Assembly: GCF_018350175.1 (NCBI RefSeq)
Contig: NC_058368.1
Coordinates: 198,340,001-198,404,000 of the forward strand
Direction: 5' to 3'
Length of the DNA: 64,000 nt
Origin: Felis catus
Lineage: Eukaryota
Of this stretch, positions 40,537-50,089 are shown piece by piece; positions within the stretch are counted from its first letter, which is position 1; each line of letters starts with the position of its first letter. The notes beneath the pieces are model-generated. The model ran no database searches. It had not been told where the DNA came from and saw only the letters and a program-made list of their open reading frames with translations. The position numbers and the translations under genes are program-made.

Positions 40537-40762
40537 GGGGTGCCTAGGTGGCTCGGTTGGTGAAGCATCCAACTCTTGGTTTCGGCTCAGGTCATGATCT
40601 CACGGTTTCGTGAGTTCGAGCCCCACATCAGGCTCTGCACTGGCAGTGTGGAGGCCGCTTGGGATTCTCTCTCTCCCACTGTCCCTGTCCCTCACCCACT
40701 TGCACTGTCTCTGTCTCTCAAAATAAAACAAATAAACGTTTAAAAATTTTTAAGAAAAAAAA
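40537..40762 (+). mobile_element. CAN-SINE
   Basis: TSD ggagggtgcttcca at 40523-40536 and 40763-40776. Confidence 0.95.
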
Positions 40763-41125
40763 GGAGGGTGCTTCCAAGAGGCTGTTTTGACACAGTGTCA
40801 CTTTTTTAAAAAGATTACCAGGTAATGTTAACTGCCTTCTCCTGATCTCACTCCACCCCTATGTATCCCTTCATTTACCAGTTGTGTTGAAACCTCTTGC
40901 CTCCTCTGTGCTCTTTATATTGTATTTTCCATCTACCCTTTCTTCACTCCCCATCCCTGAACATAGCCCACCTCACCCCACTTTGCTCCATTCCTCATTG
41001 TTGATAGGAACCAGCAAAATCTACATTTACTAGGAAATTTCTTTCAATAGAGTAGCTTTAAATCCATTCCTCTGACCCCAAGGGACATTGGATTAAAATG
41101 AATTCTGATATTAACCCTTATTTTA

Positions 41126-41352
41126 TTTTATTTTATTTTATTTTTTTTAAACATTTATTTATTTTTGAGACAGAGAGAGACAGAGCATGAACGGGGGAGG
41201 GGCAGAGAGAGAGGGAGACACAGAATCTGAAGCAGGCTCCAGGCTCTGAGCCATCAGCCCAGAGCCCGACTCGGGGCTGGAACTCACGGACCGCGAGATC
41301 GTGACCTGAGCTGAAGTCGGACGCTCAACCGACTGAGCCACCCAGGCGCCCC
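41126..41352 (-). mobile_element. CAN-SINE, young
   Basis: TSD ttaacccttatttta at 41111-41125 and 41353-41367. Confidence 0.95.
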
Positions 41353-41704
41353 TTAACCCTTATTTTAAATGGGTAAAAAATTAATACCAAAATTCAATCC
41401 ATGATTCATTCATAAAGTAATGAGGAGAGATTCTTCTCAAATACTTGAAGGGAGTTCTAACTTTGTATTCTGGGTCCATGTTGTAAAGTCTCAAAACTCG
41501 TCTCTCACTTCTCTCACGTTCAGGAATTTCTATGGTGTTTCCTCTCTACACATGTTCTGCCCATACTCTTCATCTTCTTCAGATAGGACAGATGAAGATC
41601 ATCTCTCAATTGCCACACGCTGCCTGTTTCATGATGAATTCCATTTGCACCTGCCAAAGGGTAGCTTGGATCCAGTTGTATATTCGAACACAATTTTCAT
41701 TAAT

Positions 41705-41925
41705 GTATTTTATTTTTTATTTATTTTTTTTAAAGAATTCTTTTTCTTTTAATGTTTATTTTTTGGAGAGACAGAGCATGAGTGGGGGAGGGGCAGGGAG
41801 AGAGGGAGACACAGAATCCGAGCTGAGAGCACAGAGCCCAACCCGGGGCTGAAACCCACAAAACTGCGAGATCATGACCTGAGCTGAAGTCGAACGCTTA
41901 ACCGACTGAGCCACCCACGTACCCC
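41705..41925 (-). mobile_element. CAN-SINE with short internal deletion
   Basis: TSD ttcattaat; gaatccg joins agctg. Confidence 0.9.
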
Positions 41926-42288
41926 TTCATTAATATAGTTTAAACTTAATATTTAAAGTAAAAAATGATGTATTTGGGGACAGTCCCACCATCTGATTTG
42001 AGGACATGTATGCAGGTGGCATAGTGATTAAAAACACGGACTCCCTGGTTTTGCACCCTAGCCCCCTGCATTGTAAACTAATATTGGGTAAATTGTTTAA
42101 CCTCTTTGTGCCTCGATATGTTGTGAGGATTAAGTGAATTAATATGTGTAAATATATTTGTATAATGTATTTGTATATATTACACATGCTTATTACATGT
42201 ATCAGATATTCTCATATATATATTATATATATATTATATATATATATATAATATATATAATTATTTTTACCATTGCCATTATTTTTAA

Positions 42289-42498
42289 AATTTTTCTGAT
42301 GTTTTTATTTTTGAGAGACAGAGACACAGAGTGTAAGCAGGGAAGGGACAGAGAGAGAGGGAGACACAGAATCCAAAGCAGGCTCCAGGCTCGGAGCTGT
42401 CAGCACAGAGCCCCACATGGGGCTCGAACTTATGAACCACGAGACCATGACCTGAGCCGAAGCCAGATACTTAACCGACTGAGCCACCCAGGTGCCCC
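42289..42498 (-). mobile_element. CAN-SINE
   Basis: TSD cattgccattatttttaa at 42271-42288 and 42500-42517. Confidence 0.95.
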
Positions 42499-43007
42499 AC
42501 ATTGCCATTATTTTTAATTTTAAGTTGGGTACATTGTCTGTTTAAATGGACATTTCACTTAATAATAATAAGCCATGTTTTCTTTTCTCTTTCTTTTTGA
42601 TGCACCCCTAGCGGTAGGGATTGTGGTGAGGCAGGGAAACAGGTTTGGGATGAGGAGCAGAGTAGGACTGGGGAGAGCTTGTGTATGGCTCAGGTATGAA
42701 CACCACACATGTTCACATGGTTTTATAAAAGTGCTACTAAAGGAGAAAAATGAGAGATGAGCTGATGTTTCTGTCATGAGTATTACTCTGAATTTTTTTT
42801 TCACATAAATGTGATTACTTGATTTGTTCCCCAGGCCAAAATGTTCCAGGGTCAAAATGGCCGCACCAAGAAGACCTCTTCGGAACAGCACGTGCCCAGT
42901 TACGGAACGGGTAAGGTGTGTCATACTGCAAAAGTGCAAAGGGGAAATGGGTAGACTGGGAAACCCCCCTCCGAGGGCAGGCCCAGGGGCAAGTGCACCA
43001 GTGCAGA

Positions 43008-43060
43008 GGGTGGGGGTGGAGGGGAGACCATGGCCCTGAGGCATCCCTGAGGCTATAAAA
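43008..43060 (+). promoter_or_regulatory. Putative core promoter/enhancer motif set (KLF box, two TFAP2 sites, TATA)
   Basis: GGGTGGGG at 43008-43015; CCCTGAGGC at 43034-43042 and 43045-43053; TATAAAA at 43054-43060. Motif match only. Confidence 0.3.
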
Positions 43061-43299
43061 CTCAGAAGGATTAAAACCAGGCATCCCTTATACCAGGAAA
43101 GGGAAATAAGTGAGATATCCAAGAGAATCGAAAGGCCCAGCTAAGCCCAGCGTCTGCTCAGTAAACCAGGGACAGGGGGCATTTAATGCTCAGCCTGCCC
43201 CTCCGCTCCCCCTACCCCCAGACAGAGCACTTACCCTGCCAAGCCTAGGGGATGTCACAGATGCCCTCTCTACATCATGCTCCAGGTCAGTTTCCCCTT

Positions 43300-43470
43300 C
43301 AGTGCTGGTCGCTGGGACAAGTTGCCTAACTTGTAGGGCCCAGTGCAAAATGAAAATATGGGGCCCAATGTTCAAAAATTAAGAATTTCAAGATGACCAA
43401 AGCAGAGAATTAAACCAAGTGCAAGACCCTTCTGAGCGCAAGGCTCTGGTCTTGTGCCCACAGACCCATC
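43300..43470. mobile_element. MER45A-like hAT-Tip100 element
   Basis: gggcccagtgcaaaatgaaaatatggggccc...aagaatttcaagatgac...cagagaattaaaccaag. Confidence 0.75.
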
Positions 43471-43477
43471 TGCCATA

Positions 43478-43900
43478 GGTCATTTCCCTGGGAAGCAGAA
43501 ACCAAAAGCCTGAGATCTGCATGTAGGGGGACTTAGCCAGGAGTGCTCTTAAATGCACATCTATAAAGGGGTCAAGGAAGCAGGACAGGCAAAGGGAGAA
43601 TCTGAACTGAGAAGCAGTTGAGACAGAGCCCTCAGGGGAGTTCCCAAGGAGCCCTGGAGCTGAAATTGTCCCTATAGAGGCAAGAGGTCTGGACCTTTTG
43701 GCCCCACACAAGGAATATCCAACACTCCCTGGATGCAGGACGCCCCAGGGAAGGGGCATGGCCTTGGGCAACGTGGCTCTCTTTGGCAGAGACTAATTCC
43801 CAGAGAAACTGCACCAACACTGGGTGGGGGGTGGGGGGTGCGGGGAGACAGGAGGGCCACGCTCTGAAAGGCGATCTGGGCTGAGCAGCAGGGCACATGC
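43478..43900. mobile_element. ERVL LTR (LTR40-like)
   Basis: gggaagcaga...ggagtgctctt...aaggaagcaggac...aagggagaa...ggagccctggagctg pattern. Confidence 0.6.
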
Positions 43901-44219
43901 CAGCCCATCGATTGATGGCGGATATTTTCCATTCCCGAAATAGATGCTGCAGTTGATGACCTTCTAGGACCCGTGTGACAAGGTCACTTCAATAAAATAG
44001 AACAAGGCAAACAGCAAGAAAAAAGAATAGCAGGAAAAGCTTGGGAGATGTGTGCCACTCCTCTACCCCGGGGCAGAAGATGGGAAGCGGTGATTGTTCA
44101 GGAGCCTCGGGAGCTGAGGCAGGCGCTTTAGAAACTTGGCAGCTTTTCTGTTGTTCTTATTATCTGTATTTATTTTCTTATATTTTCCCTTTTCACAATG
44201 AAGAGACACTGGCATTTTA

Positions 44220-44441
44220 TTTTTTAATTTTTTTTTTCAATGTTTATTTATTTTTGGGACAGAGAGAGACAGAGCATGAACGGGGGAGGGGCAGAGAGAG
44301 AGGGAGACACAGAATCGGAAACAGGCTCCAGGCTCTGAGCCATCAGCCCAGAGCCCGACGCGGGGGCTCGAACTCACCGACCGCGAGATCGTGACCTGGC
44401 TGAAGTCGGACGCTTAACCGACTGCGCCACCCAGGCGCCCC
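44220..44441 (-). mobile_element. CAN-SINE, very young, no adjacent TSD
   Basis: CpGs intact (ccgactgcgccacccaggcgcccc); the matching TSD lies ~200 bp further right (see findings). Confidence 0.95.
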
Positions 44442-44506
44442 TTTCCTTGTAATCTTATTTTGTTAACATGTTCAAATGTAGGAATAAGATAAGAAAGCAG
44501 GATTGT

Positions 44507-44586
44507 GGGGTACCTGGGTGCCTTAGTCGGTTGAAGGTCTGACTTTGGCTCAGGTTGTGATCTTATGGTTCATGGGTTCAAGCCTG
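44507..44586 (+). mobile_element. CAN-SINE head only, diverged, 3'-truncated
   Basis: ggggtacctgggtgccttagtcggttg...gggttcaagcctg, then an abrupt switch to non-SINE sequence. Confidence 0.85.
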
Positions 44587-44639
44587 CCTGGTATAAGGGA
44601 TGCCTGGTTTTAATCCTTCCGAGTTTTATAGCCTCAGGG
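44587..44639 (-). repeat. 53-bp inverted copy of 43045-43097
   Basis: Reverse complement matches at 52 of 53 positions. Confidence 0.95.
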
Positions 44640-44878
44640 CATTTTAAAATGAACTCTGCTAAAGAACAAAAGGGAAAAACAAGGGGCCAGTTTTTGTCCT
44701 TATCTGGCTCAGAAGATGGGGGTGGCTTATCTTGCAGGCTGAGCGAGGAAGTGAAGACAGACTGGAAATGGGAGAGGCCCCAGGACCAAGCGAACATACA
44801 GAAAGGAGCCAGGATCCTTGGCCCTCAGGCCTGGAGGCTTCACCTAATCACACCGCAGAGGCTTCGGTACCTTCCTTG

Positions 44879-45077
44879 TTTTTCTTTCTTTTTTTTCTTT
44901 TTGAGAGAGCGCAGGTGGGGGAGAGGCAGGTAGAGGGGGACAGGGGATCCAAAGCGGGCTCTGTGTGGTGACAAGCTGACAGCAGCGAGCCCGATATGAG
45001 GCTCGAACTCAAGAAGCACGAGGTCATGACCTGAGCTGAAGTCAGACACTTAACTGACTGGGCGACCCAGGTGCCCC
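44879..45077 (-). mobile_element. CAN-SINE
   Basis: Antisense SINE with an extra tgaca-containing segment. Confidence 0.9.
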
Positions 45078-45674
45078 GTGCCTTTTTTAAATAAAGGAGC
45101 CTCCGCAAACCTTTAAATTCCAGTGCCAAGCCCCCTGAGATAATATATATAAAAGTTTTGTACACAATGAGGGTTATATTAATTATATTAACATGTTAAA
45201 TGTTATATATTATGTATAATGAATATATATCAAGAATTAAAGCTTCTGATTATTACGCCTTTAAGAATATCCTCCACCAAATGTCCCAGATCAACACAAG
45301 TTTTTTTTGAGACTCAAAAACACAAAATGTGTTTATGACTACCAACAAGGGCACGAAGTTCAAGGGCACGAAGTTCAGAATTTAATCACTATGGAATTAT
45401 TTTCTGGCTGCTTTAAAATTGAAAAAAAGTAAAATTCAAGAGCTTCTGGTTCTGTTTCTAGCAAAAACTTAAAGTTTTAAAGTAAATTCAATTAATAAAT
45501 TTCCAGCACACTGAAATAAATAGATTGATAAACATGAATTAGCGTAAAAATATTTATTTTATGAATAAGAGGTCAAAAATTTTTAATATTCCTAAATGGA
45601 GTATGTTTATAAAACAGGTTAAAATATATTCTATATCTTTCAGATTTGCAGTGCTGTGTGTGTGTGTGTGTGTG

Positions 45675-45721
45675 TTTTAATTTATGTATTTTAAAGAGAG
45701 AGCAAGCAGGGGAGAGGGGCG

Positions 45722-45761
<40 letters not shown>

Positions 45762-45845
45762 CTCTCAATCCCAGGATGCTGGGATCATGACCTCAGCCGA
45801 AATCAAGAGTCAGGTGCTCAACTGACTGAGCCACCCAGATGCCCC
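45675..45845 (-). mobile_element. CAN-SINE with internal deletion and adjoining (TG)n
   Basis: Head and (GA)n present; TSD cagtgct(g/t)tgt. Confidence 0.85.
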
Positions 45846-46047
45846 ACAGTGCTTTGTATTTTAATCTGGGGTTTGATTCCTTCCTTTCAATCACAGCGTT
45901 TGCAGGTTTTACAATGTATAACTTTGAGTGAAGGATGTGCTCAGAAACAGTTTCATCTTATGCAATGGTGGGCGAAACTGTTTCCAGGCTCCAGTCTATC
46001 AAGAAAACCCCAAAGGGAGCAAATACCTCCATTAGAAGCTGCCCTGA

Positions 46048-46247
46048 GGGGCACCTGGGTGGCTCAGTCAGTTAAACTTCAGACTTTGGCTCAGGTCAGG
46101 ATCTCATGGCTCATGAGTTCAAGTCCTACATCAGGCTCTGTGCTGACAGCTCAGAGCCTGGAGCCTGCTTTGGATTCTGTGTCTTCCTCTCTTTCTGCCA
46201 ATCTCTCTTTTTCTCTCAAAAATAAACATTTAAGAAGAAGAAGAAGA
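46048..46247 (+). mobile_element. CAN-SINE with (AAG)n tail
   Basis: TSD agaagctgccctga and agaagcttcccctga. Confidence 0.92.
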
Positions 46248-46934
46248 AGAAGCTTCCCCTGAGAAACTGGCTCCCCTTCTTAGGTCTCAGTCCTACAGAC
46301 CACCCCTCAGAAGCCCTAATTTGCAAGAATGAGCCAGATCTGGGAGGTCTTACCCTCCACCACCACTGTCTACATCCAGCATTTAATGGCAGCCTCATGA
46401 AGAACTTCAATGAGTCAAATATGCGAGAATAGAGATATCGTGATTGGAGGAGGTGTGTGTGTACTTGGAGGTGGTCCATTTCACCTCCCACCCCCATTGT
46501 CTTCTAAGGGCCGTCAAAGAACCCATTGGGCCACTGAGAATTGAAAACCACTCTTTCCAATACTGTCTGCTTTGCACTGTGCTGTTGTCAGGATCAAAAT
46601 GAAATTCTAGCCATGAGAGCAAAGAAAAAGGATTCCAAATACCTCCAGATGCCTCTCTTGCTCATGATACTTTTTACATTTCAGACAAGTAAATGAATAA
46701 TAAAAGGAGTACCTCCCAACACGATGAGTAGCTGCACAAAGCCAAAGTGTATGCTTTTTCTCTCTGCACCTTTGCACAAGGTAGGGTCTCAGTGAATCTT
46801 TGTGAAAGATTCTCTGGAAGAACATAGCCTACTATCCCAAGCACACATAGTAAATTTCTGTTCAAGACCCAGAGAAGCTCTCGGCAATGAAGCTGTAAGG
46901 TCCTCCAACAGATTACTTGTAAAATGCAGAACAC

Positions 46935-47130
46935 ATGATGATGGCCAACATTTACTGAGTCTCTACCAGGCAGGCATAGTGCTTCACATGCTTATAATAT
47001 CCAGGAGAAATATACTATTATTGTACTTCTTTTCAGATGGGGAAACTGAGGCATAGAGATGTTAAGCAACTTGCCCAAAGTCATACAGCTACTGAGTGTT
47101 GGAGCTTGGTTTCAAACAGGACATCTTGCA
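46935..47130 (-). mobile_element. MIR
   Basis: aacatttactgagtctctaccaggcaggc...cagatggggaaactgaggcatagagatgttaagcaacttgcccaaagtcatacagct. Confidence 0.85.
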
Positions 47131-47749
47131 CCAGTCCAGTCTCTCAATCACTAAATCCTAAAAGAATCAAAGCAGATTCTGGTCACTGGAACCCATGTCC
47201 CTTGTGGGGGTCCTGTGCTCAACCCAGACAAAACCAGGTGAACTCTTGGTCCCAACGCTAGTCAACCAGCTAACTCTGCCCTTTTGAAAATGCAGAAACA
47301 AAGGCTTAGGTATATAAATTGTCTTGCCCACGGGTGTGGTACCATCACAGATACGGAACCATTCGGTATCTAAATTATCAGGCCTCAACTTCAGGATCTA
47401 AGTATGTTTTGGGGAATGAGTGAACATCTTGAATTCCATTAAGGTTTTTGTGAAACGGCTACCTCTGCTTAGTATGCAAAATACAAGCTTCTCAGTCCTT
47501 CCCTTGTGATCAGAAGCAGGATTGTACTGGTCCAAGGTAAAGGACTCACTGGGGGCATGTGTTAAAACTTTGCAAATTCCCAGGTTCCATCTTCAGATTC
47601 GGGTTCTCTAAGCCTGAAGGTTTTTGCCCGTTTAGCTAGCAAAACAAATGACTCCAGTATCAGAAAGACCCTGTCCTGTACTTGGAAGGAATACTTCTTA
47701 TCTGCCTGAGGCTTGGCTGAATATTAAGACTGTGGGTATTTTCTTTTTA

Positions 47750-47970
47750 TTTTTAAATTTTTTTTTTAACATTTATTTATTTTTGAGACAGAGAGAGACA
47801 GAGCATGAACGGGGGAGGGGCAGAGAGAGAGGGAGACACAGAATCGGAAGCAGGCTCCGGGCTCTGAGCCATCAGCCCAGGGCCCGACGCGGGGCTCGAG
47901 CTCACGGACCATGAGATGGTGACCCGAGCTGAAGTCGGACGCTCAACCGACTGAGCCACCCAGGCACCCC
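47750..47970 (-). mobile_element. CAN-SINE, young
   Basis: TSD gggtattttcttttta at 47734-47749 and 47973-47988. Confidence 0.95.
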
Positions 47971-50035
47971 AAGGGTATTTTCTTTTTAAAGAAACCGTGA
48001 CAAATCCCCTCATCCTTCTCTGACTGGGTCTCGTCGGTGAGGGAAATGAAGAGCAGGCCCCTCTGGTAGTCGGAGCACACAGCTTCTCTGCATGGCTCAG
48101 CTTCCCCCTCCCTGGCTTGGCTGGGCCCCTAGAAAAGGCCACACAACTAAGAGGGAGCCTTACAGTATCCTGCACCCAGCCCTCATTCGACCGGCACGTG
48201 TGCCAGGAAGGGGGTGTGGTTTGACTGCATTCAGGCCACCAAGATGCACAGACAGGCCGGGACTCAGTTTGCGAGGCCCAGTTTCCACCCCCCGCTGGTG
48301 CCAATAGCTCACTCTGGTCACAGGCCTCCAGATTCCTTCCGAGGAAGCCAGTTATCTGCTAGACTTCCTTTGTTCTTCAGGGCTCTGTTTTGGCATCTCT
48401 GCCAAGGACATGTTTTGGCTGGATCTACTACCCTGGCCTCTGCACATCTCTGGGAAATTGAGCTAAGAGAAACGTGGCCCAGGAGGTAGGAGAGGAGCTG
48501 GAGTTTTTGTCTGCTTGAATGCAGGGCCTTACCAGGGAAATGTACACCAGGGACTATGTGCTCATTGGACCGGTGACCGGCATCGTCCTGAGACCACCGT
48601 GAGCCCCTCAACCTTTTCAGAGATTGGATTGCTGGCCAGAGCAAAAAAAAAAAGGCCAACTTTCTTGGGATCCCTGATTAACTCCTCTGTGTGCAGTTGG
48701 GGGTGTGGTTGGGGTGAGGGGGAGGTTCTTATCTCTGTTAACGAAGGTCAGTATACAGTGCGGTCTGCATTGACCCTGGTGGGTTTTGCAGTGGGAACTG
48801 AAACTCACAGACCACAGCATCGAAGGATGATCAGTGGCTATGATGAATGTGGCTATTCCCCCAAATGCCTATGCAACATAATCATGTGTCCTCTGCTGAT
48901 ACCACATTTACTCAGGAAAGCCCTGCACATCATTTTAAGTCCAGTTCAAATTTGTCTTCACTCAGATTCCTCCTCTGACTCCTAGAGGGTCCTTCAGCTA
49001 ATGGTGACTATCACATGGCTTATTCAGATGTTTGGTTTGTGACGACATCTCCCCCGTCTCTTCTAGAGAGAAGAAAGGGTGTCTTTTTCATCTTCACATT
49101 CATCATGGCACCCAGAATGGACACTTACAAACAGTAAGCATGTAACAAAATAGAAGTTACATTAACAACAGCCTGTGTCCAGGAGAATAAACTCAGTCAT
49201 GTCAACTATAATATTCAGCATTTATTTATTGGCAGACAGAGAAGTGACGAAGGAATTGGCCAGATTGTTTTATTTGGAGCCCTTCTAAGCACATACTGAG
49301 TGCAACATCCAGCGAAACAATAACCTGGTTTAGTGGTATGAACTTTGACTCTGTGATAACTGATCATCCTTAAAACCATCCTGGATTTGTTTTCCTACAA
49401 AAGGGCAGGATACTGAGCACAGTTCTGTAAAGCGTTCCTTTAGAGACATTTCTCAGCACTAAATAAAGAGTGACTTCTCAATGTTGCAAAAGAGGCCCGG
49501 CTGTTAGTTTTGGCTGGGGACAAGCACTGAGCTGGCTCCAATCAGAGATGGCAGGATGAGATAAACATGACTGTATGATGTCACTGAAATAGTCTTATTT
49601 TCATCAGAAGCTAAATTCAAATACCCTCAGGGAAATGGATTTATTTTGTTTTGCTTTGAATTACTACAGCTTTCTAAAATTCATTTTTGCCTCTGTAGGT
49701 GATGGAATTTTCCAATGGACTCCAAGTCCCATGGAGAGACACTTGGAAAGCTGTGCTCCTCTGGGTGCCTGGAAAGAGCACTCAGCAGTGATGGTATAGC
49801 AATAGATTTACAACATGAGCCCTGTTTTCTGAACCAGAGGTAGACAGCCATGTCTTTAAAAAGGCCTTGAGGTCCTAGATTCAAGTGTGATGAACTTGGC
49901 TCGTGGTAGAGTCACTGGATCCAGACCAGAGCACTCAGTACTCCTACTGGCTAAAGAAATGGTGGGTCAGCCTTTAAAACAAGAAGATGCTCCAAGAAGA
50001 GCAGTGAGTGCCTCCCTACCCACCCACTACTCTCC

Positions 50036-50036
<1 letters not shown>

Positions 50037-50085
<49 letters not shown>
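50037..50085. repeat. (CA)n microsatellite
   Basis: Long perfect AC run. Confidence 0.95.

Positions 50086-50089
<4 letters not shown>

Noticed and set aside
41519..41650. Minus-strand exon-like segment (ctttggcAG...GAAC/GTGAGA)
   Set aside because: Weak splice signals, stops in all frames and no partner exon identified.
42559..43122. 187-aa ORF sharing WYKGCLVLIL.SFIASG with ORF 44565-44933
   Set aside because: The shared peptide simply reflects the 53-bp inverted DNA copy; it is not a protein domain.
45684..46262. Longest ORF (192 aa)
   Set aside because: It starts and ends within two SINEs and includes a (GA)n translation; chance read-through.
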